The position numbers were made by a program, and so were the translations under genes. This document shows positions 12,110 to 26,400 of a stretch of DNA of 64,000 nucleotides, piece after piece. The DNA comes from Eledone cirrhosa (lineage: Eukaryota). Location of the stretch: positions 33,976,001 to 34,040,000 of the forward strand of contig OZ024758.1 in NCBI GenBank assembly GCA_964016885.1, in the 5' to 3' direction. A model generated the notes under the pieces. That model was not told where the DNA came from. It made no database searches and saw only the letters and a list, made by a program, of their open reading frames with translations. Position 1 is the first letter of the stretch. Each line of letters starts with the position of its first letter.

Positions 12110-15100
12110 GTTCATGGTATTAGCTGTCAGAAGTAACTCCACTGTTGGTGAGAATTCATTTAAGTCATGGTATTAGCTGTCAGAAGTAACTCCATTGATG
12201 GTGAGAATTCATTTAAGTCATGGTACTAGCTGTCAGAAGTAACTCCACTGTTGGTGAGAATTCATTTAAGTTCATGGTACTAGCTGTCAGAAGTAACTCC
12301 ACTGTTGGTGAGAATTCATTTAAGTTCATGGTACTAGCTGTCAGAAGTAACTCCACTGTTGGTGAGAATTCATTTAAGTTCATGGTACTAGCTGTCAGAA
12401 GTAACTCCACTGTTGGTGAGAATTCATTTAAGTTCATGGTACTAGCTGTCAGAAGTAACTCCAATGTTGGTGAGAATTCATTTAGGTTCATGGTGCTAGC
12501 TGTCAGAAGTAACTCCACTGTTGGTGAGAATTCATTTAAGTTCATGGTATTAGCTGTCAGAAGTCACTCCAATGTTGGTGAGAATTCATTTAAGTTCATG
12601 GTATTAGCTGTCAGAAGTCACTCCACTGTTGGTGAGAATTCATTTAAGTTCATGGTACTAGCTGTCAGAAGTAACCCCAATGTTGGAGAGAATTCATTTA
12701 AGTTCATGGTATTAGCTGTCAGAAGTCACTCCAATGTTGGTGAGAATTCATTTAAGTTCATGGTATTAGCTGTCAGAAGTAACTCCACTGTTGGTGAGAA
12801 TTCATTTAAGTTCATGGTATTAGCTGTCAGAAGTAACTCCACTGTTGGTGAGAATTCATTTAAGTTCATGGTATTAGCTGTCAGAAGTAACTCCACTGTT
12901 GGTGAGAATTCATTTAAGTTCATGGTATTAGCTGTCAGAAGGAACTCCAATGTTGGTGAGAATTCATTTAAGTCATGGTACTAGCTGTCAGAAGTAACTC
13001 CACTGTTGGTGAGAATTCATTTAAGTTCATGGTATTAGCTGTCAGAAGGAGCGCCACTGTTGGTGAGAATTCATTTAAGTTCATGGTATTAGCTGTCAGA
13101 AGTAACTCCACTGTTGGTGAGAATTCTTTTAAGTTCATGGTACTAGCTGTCAGAAGTAACTCCAATGTTGGTGAGAATTCATTTAAGTTCATGGTATTAG
13201 CTGTCAGAAGGAACTCCACTGTTGGTGAGAATTCATTTAAGTTCATGGTATTAGCTGTCAGAAGTAACTCCACTGTTGGTGAGAATTCATTTAAGTTCAT
13301 GGTATTAGCTGTCAGAAGGAACTCCAATGTTGGTGAGAATTCATTTAAGTCATGGTACTAGCTGTCAGAAGTAACTCCACTGTTGGTGAGAATTCATTTA
13401 AGTTCATGTTATTAGCTGTCAGAAGGAACGCCACTGTTGGTGAGAATTCATTTAAGTTCATGGTATTAGCTGTCAGAAGTAACTCCACTGTTGGTGAGAA
13501 TTCATTTAAGTTCATGGTACTAGCTGTCAGAAGTAACTCCAATGTTGGTGAGAATTCATTTAAGTTCATGGTATTAGCTGTCAAAAGGAACTCCACTGTT
13601 GGTGAGAATTCATTTAAGTTCATGGTATTAGCTGTCAGAAGTAACTCCACTGTTGGTGGGAATTCATTTAAGTTCATGGTACTAGTTGTCAGAAGTAACT
13701 CCACTGTTGGTGAGAATTCATTTAAGTCATGGTATTAGTTGTCAGAAGTAACTCCAATGTTGGTGAGAATTCATTTAAGTTCATGGTACTAGCTGTCAGA
13801 AGTAACTCCACTGTTGGTGAGAATTCATTTAAGTTCATGGTATTAGCTGTCAGAAGTAACTCCAATGTTGGTGAGAATTCATTTAAGTTCATGGTATTAG
13901 CTGTCAGAAGGAACTCCACTGTTGGTGAGAATTCATTTAAGTTCATGGTATTAGCTGTCAGAAGTAACTCCACTGTTGGTGAGAATTCATTTAAGTTCAT
14001 GGTACTAGCTGTCAGAAGTAACTCCATGTTGGTGAGAATTCATTTAAGTTCATGGTATTAGCTGTCAGAAGTAACTCCACTGTTGGTGAGAATTCATTTA
14101 AGTCATGGTATTAGCTGTCAGAAGTAAATCCAATGTTGGTGAGAATTCATTTAAGTCCATGGTATTAGCTGTCAGAAGTAACTCCACTGTTGGTGAGAAT
14201 TCATTTAAGTTCATGGTATTAGCTGTCAGAAGTAACTCCACTGTTGGTGAGAATTCATTTAAGTTCATGGTACTAGCTGTCAGAAGTAACTCCACTGTTG
14301 GTGAGAATTCATTTAAGTTCATGGTATTAGTTTGTCAGAAGTAACTCCACTGTTGGTGAGAATTCATTTAAGGCATGGTATTAGTTGTCAGAAGTAACTC
14401 CAATGTTGGTGAGAATTCATTTACGTTCATGGTACTAGCTGTCAGAAGTAACTCCACTGTTGGTGAGAATTCATTTAAGTTCATGGTATTAGCTGTCAGA
14501 AGTAACTCCACTGTTGGTGAGAATTCATTTAAGTCATGGTATTAGCTGTCAGAAGTAATTCCATTGTTGGTGAGAATTCATTTAAGTCATGGTACTAGCT
14601 GTCAGAAGTAACTCCACGGTTGGTGAGAATTCATTTAAGTTCATGGTACTAGCTGTCAGAAGTAACTCCACTGTTGGTGAGAATTCATTTAAGTTCATGG
14701 TACTAGCTGTCAGAAGTAACTCCACGGTTGGTGAGAATTCATTTAAGTTCATGGTACTAGCTGTCAGAAGTAACTCCACTGTTGGTGAGAATTCATTTAA
14801 GTTCATGGTACTAGCTGTCAGAAGTAACTCCAATGTTGGTGAGAATTCATTTAAGTTCATGGTATTAGCTGTCAGAAGTAACTCCACTGTTGGTGAGAAT
14901 TCATTTAAGTTCATGGTACTAGCTGTCAGAAGTAACTCAACTGTTGGTGAGAATTCATTTAAGTTCATGGTATTAGCTGTCAGAAGTCACTCCAATATTG
15001 GTGAGAATTCTTCTAAGTTCATGGTATTAGCTGTCAGAAGTAACCCCAATGTTGGTGAGAATTCATTTAAGTTCATGGTATTAGCTGTCAGAAGTCACTC

Positions 15101-18100
15101 CAATGTTGGTGAGAATTCATTTAAGTTCATGGTATTAGCTGTCAGAAGTAACTCCACTGTTGGTGAGAATTCATTTAAGTTCATGGTATTAGCTGTCAGA
15201 AGTAACTCCACTGTTGGTGAGAATTCATTCAAGTTCATGGTATTAGCTGTCAGAAGGAACTCCAATGTTGGTGAGAATTCATTTAAGTCATGGTACTAGC
15301 TGTCAGAAGTAACTCCACTGTTGGTGAGAATTCATTTAAGTTCATGGTATTAGCTGTCAGAAGGAACGCCACTGTTTGTGAGAATTCATTTAAGTTCATG
15401 GTATTAGCTGTCAGAAGTAACTCCACTGTTGGTGAGAATTCATTTAAGTTCATGGTACTAGCTGTCAGAAGTAACTCAAATGTTGGTGAGAATTCATTTA
15501 AGTTCATGGTATTAGCTGTCAGAAGGAACTCCACTGTTGGTGAGAATTCATTTAAGTTCATGGTATTAGCTGTCAGAAGTAACTCCAATGTTGGTGAGAA
15601 TTCATTTAAGTTCATGGTATTAGCTGTCAGAAGTAACTCCACTGTTGGTGAGAATTCATTTAAGTTCATGGTACTAGCTGTCAGAAGTCACTCCACTGTT
15701 GGTGAGAATTCATTTAAGTCATGGTATTAGTTGTCAGAAGTAACTCCAATGTTGGTGAGAATTCATTTAAGTTCATGGTACTAGCTGTCAGAAGTAACTC
15801 CACTGTTGGTGAGAATTCATTTAAGTTCATGGTATTAGCTGTCAGAAGTAACTCCACTGTTGGTGAGAATTCATTTAAGTCATGGTATTAGCTGTCAGAA
15901 GCAACTCCATTGTTGGTGAGAATTCATTTAAGTCATGATACTAGCTGTCAGAAGTAACTCCACTGTTGGTGAGAATTCATTTAAGTTCATGGTACTAGCT
16001 GTCAGAAGTAACTCAAATGTTGGTGAGAATTCATTTAAGTTCATGGTATTAGCTGTCAGAAGGAACTCCACTGTTGGTGAGAATTCATTTAAGTTCATGG
16101 TATTAGCTGTCAGAAGTAACTCCACTGTTGGTGAGAATTCATTTAAGTTCATGGTACTAGCTGTCAGAAGTAACTCCAATGTTGGTGAGAATTCATTTAA
16201 GTTCATGGTATTAGCTGTCAGAAGTAACTCCACTGTTGGTGAGAATTCATTTAAGTCATGGTATTAGCTGTCAGAAGTAACTCCATTGATGGTGAGAATT
16301 CATTTAAGTCATGGTACTAGCTGTCAGAAGTAACTCCACTGTTGGTGAGAATTCATTTAAGTTCATGGTACTAGCTGTCAGAAGTAACTCCACTGTTGGT
16401 GAGAATTCATTTAAGTTCATGGTACTAGCTGTCAGAAGTAACTCCACTGTTGGTGAGAATTCATTTAAGTTCATGGTACTAGCTGTCAGAAGTAACTCCA
16501 CTGTTGGTGAGAATTCATTTAAGTTCATGGTACTAGCTGTCAGAAGTAACTCCAATGTTGGTGAGAATTCATTTAGGTTCATGGTGCTAGCTGTCAGAAG
16601 TAACTCCACTGTTGGTGAGAATTCATTTAAGTTCATGGTATTAGCTGTCAGAAGTCACTCCAATGTTGGTGAGAATTCATTTAAGTTCATGGTATTAGCT
16701 GTCAGAAGTCACTCCACTGTTGGTGAGAATTCATTTAAGTTCATGGTACTAGCTGTCAGAAGTAACCCCAATGTTGGAGAGAATTCATTTAAGTTCATGG
16801 TATTAGCTGTCAGAAGTCACTCCAATGTTGGTGAGAATTCATTTAAGTTCATGGTATTAGCTGTCAGAAGTAACTCCACTGTTGGTGAGAATTCATTTAA
16901 GTTCATGGTATTAGCTGTCAGAAGTAACTCCACTGTTGGTGAGAATTCATTTAAGTTCATGGTATTAGCTGTCAGAAGTAACTCCACTGTTGGTGAGAAT
17001 TCATTTAAGTTCATGGTATTAGCTGTCAGAAGGAACTCCAATGTTGGTGAGAATTCATTTAAGTCATGGTACTAGCTGTCAGAAGTAACTCCACTGTTGG
17101 TGAGAATTCATTTAAGTTCATGGTATTAGCTGTCAGAAGGAGCGCCACTGTTGGTGAGAATTCATTTAAGTTCATGGTATTAGCTGTCAGAAGTAACTCC
17201 ACTGTTGGTGAGAATTCTTTTAAGTTCATGGTACTAGCTGTCAGAAGTAACTCCAATGTTGGTGAGAATTCATTTAAGTTCATGGTATTAGCTGTCAGAA
17301 GGAACTCCACTGTTGGTGAGAATTCATTTAAGTTCATGGTATTAGCTGTCAGAAGTAACTCCACTGTTGGTGAGAATTCATTTAAGTTCATGGTATTAGC
17401 TGTCAGAAGGAACTCCAATGTTGGTGAGAATTCATTTAAGTCATGGTACTAGCTGTCAGAAGTAACTCCACTGTTGGTGAGAATTCATTTAAGTTCATGT
17501 TATTAGCTGTCAGAAGGAACGCCACTGTTGGTGAGAATTCATTTAAGTTCATGGTATTAGCTGTCAGAAGTAACTCCACTGTTGGTGAGAATTCATTTAA
17601 GTTCATGGTACTAGCTGTCAGAAGTAACTCCAATGTTGGTGAGAATTCATTTAAGTTCATGGTATTAGCTGTCAAAAGGAACTCCACTGTTGGTGAGAAT
17701 TCATTTAAGTTCATGGTATTAGCTGTCAGAAGTAACTCCACTGTTGGTGAGAATTCATTTAAGTTCATGGTACTAGTTGTCAGAAGTAACTCCACTGTTG
17801 GTGAGAATTCATTTAAGTCATGGTATTAGTTGTCAGAAGTAACTCCAATGTTGGTGAGAATTCATTTAAGTTCATGGTACGAGCTGTCAGAAGTAACTCC
17901 ACTGTTGGTGAGAATTCATTTAAGTTCATGGTATTAGCTGTCAGAAGTAACTCCAATGTTGGTGAGAATTCATTTAAGTTCATGGTATTAGCTGTCAGAA
18001 GGAACTCCACTGTTGGTGAGAATTCATTTAAGTTCATGGTATTAGCTGTCAGAAGTAACTCCACTGTTGGTGAGAATTCATTTAAGTTCATGGTACTAGC

Positions 18101-20340
18101 TGTCAGAAGTAACTCCATGTTGGTGAGAATTCATTTAAGTTCATGGTATTAGCTGTCAGAAGTAACTCCACTGTTGGTGAGAATTCATTTAAGTCATGGT
18201 ATTAGCTGTCAGAAGTAAATCCAATGTTGGTGAGAATTCATTTAAGTCCATGGTATTAGCTGTCAGAAGTAACTCCACTGTTGGTGAGAATTCATTTAAG
18301 TTCATGGTATTAGCTGTCAGAAGTAACTCCACTGTTGGTGAGAATTCATTTAAGTTCATGGTACTAGCTGTCAGAAGTAACTCCACTGTTGGTGAGAATT
18401 CATTTAAGTTCATGGTATTAGCTGTCAGAAGTAACTCCAATGTTGGTGAGAATTCATTTAAGTTCATGGTATTAGCTGTCAGAAGTAACTCCACTGTTGG
18501 TGAGAATTCATTTAAGTTCATGGTATTAGCTGTCAGAAGTAACTCCACTGTTGGTGAGAATTCATTTAAGTTCATGGTACTAGCTGTCAGAAGTAACTCC
18601 ACTGTTGGTGAGAATTCATTTAAGTTCATGGTATTAGTTTGTCAGAAGTAACTCCACTGTTGGTGAGAATTCATTTAAGGCATGGTATTAGTTGTCAGAA
18701 GTAACTCCAATGTTGGTGAGAATTCATTTACGTTCATGGTACTAGCTGTCAGAAGTAACTCCACTGTTGGTGAGAATTCATTTAAGTTCATGGTATTAGC
18801 TGTCAGAAGTAACTCCACTGTTGGTGAGAATTCATTTAAGTCATGGTATTAGCTGTCAGAAGTAATTCCATTGTTGGTGAGAATTCATTTAAGTCATGGT
18901 ACTAGCTGTCAGAAGTAACTCCACGGTTGGTGAGAATTCATTTAAGTTCATGGTACTAGCTGTCAGAAGTAACTCCACTGTTGGTGAGAATTCATTTAAG
19001 TTCATGGTACTAGCTGTCAGAAGTAACTCCACGGTTGGTGAGAATTCATTTAAGTTCATGGTACTAGCTGTCAGAAGTAACTCCACTGTTGGTGAGAATT
19101 CATTTAAGTTCATGGTACTAGCTGTCAGAAGTAACTCCAATGTTGGTGAGAATTCATTTAAGTTCATGGTATTAGCTGTCAGAAGTAACTCCACTGTTGG
19201 TGAGAATTCATTTAAGTTCATGGTACTAGCTGTCAGAAGTAACTCAACTGTTGGTGAGAATTCATTTAAGTTCATGGTATTAGCTGTCAGAAGTCACTCC
19301 AATATTGGTGAGAATTCTTCTAAGTTCATGGTATTAGCTGTCAGAAGTAACCCCAATGTTGGTGAGAATTCATTTAAGTTCATGGTATTAGCTGTCAGAA
19401 GTCACTCCAATGTTGGTGAGAATTCATTTAAGTTCATGGTATTAGCTGTCAGAAGTAACTCCACTGTTGGTGAGAATTCATTTAAGTTCATGGTATTAGC
19501 TGTCAGAAGTAACTCCACTGTTGGTGAGAATTCATTCAAGTTCATGGTATTAGCTGTCAGAAGGAACTCCAATGTTGGTGAGAATTCATTTAAGTCATGG
19601 TACTAGCTGTCAGAAGTAACTCCACTGTTGGTGAGAATTCATTTAAGTTCATGGTATTAGCTGTCAGAAGGAACGCCACTGTTGGTGAGAATTCATTTAA
19701 GTTCATGGTATTAGCTGTCAGAAGTAACTCCACTGTTGGTGAGAATTCATTTAAGTTCATGGTACTAGCTGTCAGAAGTAACTCAAATGTTGGTGAGAAT
19801 TCATTTAAGTTCATGGTATTAGCTGTCAGAAGGAACTCCACTGTTGGTGAGAATTCATTTAAGTTCATGGTATTAGCTGTCAGAAGTAACTCCACTGTTG
19901 GTGAGAATTCATTTAAGTTCATGGTACTAGCTGTCAGAAGTAACTCCAATGTTGGTGAGAATTCATTTAAGTTCATGGTATTAGCTGTCAGAAGTAACTC
20001 CACTGTTGGTGAGAATTCATTTAAGTTCATGGTACTAGCTGTCAGAAGTCACTCCACTGTTGGTGAGAATTCATTTAAGTCATGGTATTAGTTGTCAGAA
20101 GTAACTCCAATGTTGGTGAGAATTCATTTAAGTTCATGGTACTAGCTGTCAGAAGTAACTCCACTGTTGGTGAGAATTCATTTAAGTTCATGGTATTAGC
20201 TGTCAGAAGTAACTCCACTGTTGGTGAGAATTCATTTAAGTCATGGTATTAGCTGTCAGAAGCAACTCCATTGTTGGTGAGAATTCATTTAAGTCATGAT
20301 ACTAGCTGTCAGAAGTAACTCCACTGTTGGTGAGAATTCA
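12110..20340. repeat. ~4.1-4.3 kb tandem duplication (offset 4091 bp, then 4307 bp after a 4-monomer length difference)
   Basis: ATTGATGG at 12194 and 16285. ORFs 12220/16311, 12975/17066, 13352/17443, 13729/17820 and 14105/18196 differ by 4091; 14589/18896 and 15290/19597 differ by 4307. Confidence 0.92.
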
Positions 20341-22950
20341 TTTAAGTTCATGGTACTAGCTGTCAGAAGTAACTCCACTGTTGGTGAGAATTCATTTAAG
20401 TCATGGTATTAGTTGTCAGAAGTAACTCCAATGTTGGTGAGAATTCATTTAAGTTCATGGTACTAGCTGTCAGAAGTAACTCCACTGTTGGTGAGAATTC
20501 ATTTAAGTTCATGGTATTAGCTGTCAGAAGTAACTCCAATGTTGGTGAGAATTCATTTAAGTTCATGGTATTAGCTGTCAGAAGGAACTCCACTGTTGGT
20601 GAGAATTCATTTAAGTTCATGGTATTAGCTGTCAGAAGTAACTCCACTGTTGGTGAGAATTCATTTAAGTTCATGGTACTAGCTGTCAGAAGTAACTCCA
20701 TGTTGGTGAGAATTCATTTAAGTTCATGGTATTAGCTGTCAGAAGTAACTCCACTGTTGGTGAGAATTCATTTAAGTCATGGTATTAGCTGTCAGAAGTA
20801 AATCCAATGTTGGTGAGAATTCATTTAAGTCCATGGTATTAGCTGTCAGAAGTAACTCCACTGTTGGTGAGAATTCATTTAAGTTCATGGTATTAGCTGT
20901 CAGAAGTAACTCCACTGTTGGTGAGAATTCATTTAAGTTCATGGTACTAGCTGTCAGAAGTAACTCCACTGTTGGTGAGAATTCATTTAAGTTCATGGTA
21001 TTAGCTGTCAGAAGTAACTCCAATGTTGGTGAGAATTCATTTAAGTTCATGGTATTAGCTGTCAGAAGTAACTCCACTGTTGGTGAGAATTCATTTAAGT
21101 TCATGGTATTAGCTGTCAGAAGTAACTCCACTGTTGGTGAGAATTCATTTAAGTTCATGGTACTAGCTGTCAGAAGTAACTCCACTGTTGGTGAGAATTC
21201 ATTTAAGTTCATGGTATTAGTTTGTCAGAAGTAACTCCACTGTTGGTGAGAATTCATTTAAGGCATGGTATTAGTTGTCAGAAGTAACTCCAATGTTGGT
21301 GAGAATTCATTTACGTTCATGGTACTAGCTGTCAGAAGTAACTCCACTGTTGGTGAGAATTCATTTAAGTTCATGGTATTAGCTGTCAGAAGTAACTCCA
21401 CTGTTGGTGAGAATTCATTTAAGTCATGGTATTAGCTGTCAGAAGTAATTCCATTGTTGGTGAGAATTCATTTAAGTCATGGTACTAGCTGTCAGAAGTA
21501 ACTCCACGGTTGGTGAGAATTCATTTAAGTTCATGGTACTAGCTGTCAGAAGTAACTCCACTGTTGGTGAGAATTCATTTAAGTTCATGGTACTAGCTGT
21601 CAGAAGTAACTCCACGGTTGGTGAGAATTCATTTAAGTTCATGGTACTAGCTGTCAGAAGTAACTCCACTGTTGGTGAGAATTCATTTAAGTTCATGGTA
21701 CTAGCTGTCAGAAGTAACTCCAATGTTGGTGAGAATTCATTTAAGTTCATGGTATTAGCTGTCAGAAGTAACTCCACTGTTGGTGAGAATTCATTTAAGT
21801 TCATGGTACTAGCTGTCAGAAGTAACTCAACTGTTGGTGAGAATTCATTTAAGTTCATGGTATTAGCTGTCAGAAGTCACTCCAATATTGGTGAGAATTC
21901 TTCTAAGTTCATGGTATTAGCTGTCAGAAGTAACCCCAATGTTGGTGAGAATTCATTTAAGTTCATGGTATTAGCTGTCAGAAGTCACTCCAATGTTGGT
22001 GAGAATTCATTTAAGTTCATGGTATTAGCTGTCAGAAGTAACTCCACTGTTGGTGAGAATTCATTTAAGTTCATGGTATTAGCTGTCAGAAGTAACTCCA
22101 CTGTTGGTGAGAATTCATTCAAGTTCATGGTATTAGCTGTCAGAAGGAACTCCAATGTTGGTGAGAATTCATTTAAGTCATGGTACTAGCTGTCAGAAGT
22201 AACTCCACTGTTGGTGAGAATTCATTTAAGTTCATGGTATTAGCTGTCAGAAGGAACGCCACTGTTGGTGAGAATTCATTTAAGTTCATGGTATTAGCTG
22301 TCAGAAGTAACTCCACTGTTGGTGAGAATTCATTTAAGTTCATGGTACTAGCTGTCAGAAGTAACTCAAATGTTGGTGAGAATTCATTTAAGTTCATGGT
22401 ATTAGCTGTCAGAAGGAACTCCACTGTTGGTGAGAATTCATTTAAGTTCATGGTATTAGCTGTCAGAAGTAACTCCACTGTTGGTGAGAATTCATTTAAG
22501 TTCATGGTACTAGCTGTCAGAAGTAACTCCAATGTTGGTGAGAATTCATTTAAGTTCATGGTATTAGCTGTCAGAAGTAACTCCACTGTTGGTGAGAATT
22601 CATTTAAGTTCATGGTACTAGCTGTCAGAAGTCACTCCACTGTTGGTGAGAATTCATTTAAGTCATGGTATTAGTTGTCAGAAGTAACTCCAATGTTGGT
22701 GAGAATTCATTTAAGTTCATGGTACTAGCTGTCAGAAGTAACTCCACTGTTGGTGAGAATTCATTTAAGTTCATGGTATTAGCTGTCAGAAGTAACTCCA
22801 CTGTTGGTGAGAATTCATTTAAGTCATGGTATTAGCTGTCAGAAGCAACTCCATTGTTGGTGAGAATTCATTTAAGTCATGATACTAGCTGTCAGAAGTA
22901 ACTCCACTGTTGGTGAGAATTCATTTAAGTTCATGGTACTAGCTGTCAGA
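17790..22950. repeat. 2583-bp (48-monomer) tandem duplication
   Basis: ORFs 17820/20403, 18196/20779, 18896/21479 and 19597/22180 differ by 2583. Shared rare CTCCATGTT deletion and AATATTGG/TTCTTCTAAG markers. Confidence 0.92.
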
Positions 22951-23469
22951 AGTAACTCAAATGTTGGTGAGAATTCATTTAAGTTCATGGTATTAGCTGT
23001 CAGAAGGAACTCCACTGTTGGTGAGAATTCATTTAAGTTCATGGTATTAGCTGTCAGAAGTAACTCCACTGTTGGTGAGAATTCATTTAAGTTCATGGTA
23101 CTAGCTGTCAGAAGTAACTCCAATGTTGGTGAGAATTCATTTAAGTTCATGGTATTAGCTGTCAGAAGTAACTCCACTGTTGGTGAGAATTCATTTAAGT
23201 TCATGGTACTAGCTGTCAGAAGTAACTCCACTGTTGGTGAGAATTCATTTAAGTTCATGGTATTAGTTTGTCAGAAGTAACTCCACTGTTGGTGAGAATT
23301 CATTTAAGTCATGGTATTAGTTGTCAGAAGTAACTCCAATGTTGGTGAGAATTCATTTAAGTTCATGGTACTAGCTGTCAGTAGTAACTCCACTGTTGGT
23401 GAGAATTCATTTAAGTTCATGGTATTAGCTGTCAGAAGTAACTCCACTGTTGGTGAGAATTCATTTAAG

Positions 23470-26400
23470 TCATGGTATTAGCTGTCAGAAGTAACTCCAT
23501 TGATGGTGAGAATTCATTTAAGTCATGGTACTAGCTGTCAGAAGTAACTCCACTGTTGGTGAGAATTCATTTCAGTTCATGGTACTAGCTGTCAGAAGTA
23601 ACTCCACTGTTGGTGAGAATTCATTTAAGTTCATGGTACTAGCTGTCAGAAGTAACTCCACTGTTGGTGAGAATTCATTTAAGTTCATGGTACTAGCTGT
23701 CAGAAGTAACTCCTCTGTTGGTGAGAATTCATTTAAGTTCATGGTACTAGCTGTCAGAAGTAACTCCAATGTTGGTGAGAATTCATTTAAGTTCATGGTA
23801 TTAGCTGTCAGAAGTAACTCCACTGTTGGTGAGAATTCATTTAGGTTCATGGTGCTAGCTGTCAGAAGTAACTCCACTGTTGGTGAGAATTCATTTAAGT
23901 TCATGGTATTAGCTGTCAGAAGTCACTCCAATGTTGGTGAGAATTCATTTAAGTTCATGGTATTAGCTGTCAGAAGTCACTCCACTGTTGGTGAGAATTC
24001 ATTTAAGTTCATGGTACTAGCTGTCAGAAGTAACCCCAATGTTGGAGAGAATTCATTTAAGTTCATGGTATTAGCTGTCAGAAGTCACTCCAATGTTGGT
24101 GAGAATTCATTTAAGTTCATGGTATTAGCTGTCAGAAGTAACTCCACTGTTGGTGAGAATTCATTTAAGTTCATGGTATTAGCTGTCAGAAGTAACTCCA
24201 CTGTTGGTGAGAATTCATTTAAGTTCATGGTATTAGCTGTCAGAAGTAACTCCACTGTTGGTGAGAATTCATTTAAGTTCATGGTATTAGCTGTCAGAAG
24301 GAACTCCAATGTTGGTGAGAATTCATTTAAGTCATGGTACTAGCTGTCAGAAGTAACTCCACTGTTGGTGAGAATTCATTTAAGTTCATGGTATTAGCTG
24401 TCAGAAGGAGCGCCACTGTTGGTGAGAATTCATTTAAGTTCATGGTATTAGCTGTCAGAAGTAACTCCACTGTTGGTGAGAATTCTTTTAAGTTCATGGT
24501 ACTAGCTGTCAGAAGTAACTCCAATGTTGGTGAGAATTCATTTAAGTTCATGGTATTAGCTGTCAGAAGGAACTCCACTGTTGGTGAGAATTCATTTAAG
24601 TTCATGGTATTAGCTGTCAGAAGTAACTCCACTGTTGGTGAGAATTCATTTAAGTTCATGGTATTAGCTGTCAGAAGGAACTCCAATGTTGGTGAGAATT
24701 CATTTAAGTCATGGTACTAGCTGTCAGAAGTAACTCCACTGTTGGTGAGAATTCATTTAAGTTCATGTTATTAGCTGTCAGAAGGAACGCCACTGTTGGT
24801 GAGAATTCATTTAAGTTCATGGTATTAGCTGTCAGAAGTAACTCCACTGTTGGTGAGAATTCATTTAAGTTCATGGTACTAGCTGTCAGAAGTAACTCCA
24901 ATGTTGGTGAGAATTCATTTAAGTTCATGGTATTAGCTGTCAAAAGGAACTCCACTGTTGGTGAGAATTCATTTAAGTTCATGGTATTAGCTGTCAGAAG
25001 TAACTCCACTGTTGGTGAGAATTCATTTAAGTCATGGTATTAGCTGTCAGAAGTAAATCCAATGTTGGTGAGAATTCATTTAAGTCCATGGTATTAGCTG
25101 TCAGAAGTAACTCCACTGTTGGTGAGAATTCATTTAAGTTCATGGTATTAGCTGTCAGAAGTAACTCCACTGTTGGTGAGAATTCATTTAAGTTCATGGT
25201 ACTAGCTGTCAGAAGTAACTCCACTGTTGGTGAGAATTCATTTAAGTTCATGGTATTAGCTGTCAGAAGTAACTCCAATGTTGGTGAGAATTCATTTAAG
25301 TTCATGGTATTAGCTGTCAGAAGTAACTCCACTGTTGGTGAGAATTCATTTAAGTTCATGGTATTAGCTGTCAGAAGTAACTCCACTGTTGGTGAGAATT
25401 CATTTAAGTTCATGGTACTAGCTGTCAGAAGTAACTCCACTGTTGGTGAGAATTCATTTAAGTTCATGGTATTAGTTTGTCAGAAGTAACTCCACTGTTG
25501 GTGAGAATTCATTTAAGGCATGGTATTAGTTGTCAGAAGTAACTCCAATGTTGGTGAGAATTCATTTACGTTCATGGTACTAGCTGTCAGAAGTAACTCC
25601 ACTGTTGGTGAGAATTCATTTAAGTTCATGGTATTAGCTGTCAGAAGTAACTCCACTGTTGGTGAGAATTCATTTAAGTCATGGTATTAGCTGTCAGAAG
25701 TAATTCCATTGTTGGTGAGAATTCATTTAAGTCATGGTACTAGCTGTCAGAAGTAACTCCACGGTTGGTGAGAATTCATTTAAGTTCATGGTACTAGCTG
25801 TCAGAAGTAACTCCACTGTTGGTGAGAATTCATTTAAGTTCATGGTACTAGCTGTCAGAAGTAACTCCATGGTTGGTGAGAATTCATTTAAGTTCATGGT
25901 ACTAGCTGTCAGAAGTAACTCCACTGTTGGTGAGAATTCATTTAAGTTCATGGTACTAGCTGTCAGAAGTAACTCCAATGTTGGTGAGAATTCATTTAAG
26001 TTCATGGTATTAGCTGTCAGAAGTAACTCCACTGTTGGTGAGAATTCATTTAAGTTCATGGTACTAGCTGTCAGAAGTAACTCAACTGTTGGTGAGAATT
26101 CATTTAAGTTCATGGTATTAGCTGTCAGAAGTCACTCCAATGTTGGTGAGAATTCTTTTAAGTTCATGGTATTAGCTGTCAGAAGTAACCCCAATGTTGG
26201 TGAGAATTCATTTAAGTTCATGGTATTAGCTGTCAGAAGTCACTCCAATGTTGGTGAGAATTCATTTAAGTTCATGGTATTAGCTGTCAGAAGTAACTCC
26301 ACTGTTGGTGAGAATTCATTTAAGTTCATGGTATTAGCTGTCAGAAGTAACTCCACTGTTGGTGAGAATTCATTCAAGTTCATGGTATTAGCTGTCAGAA

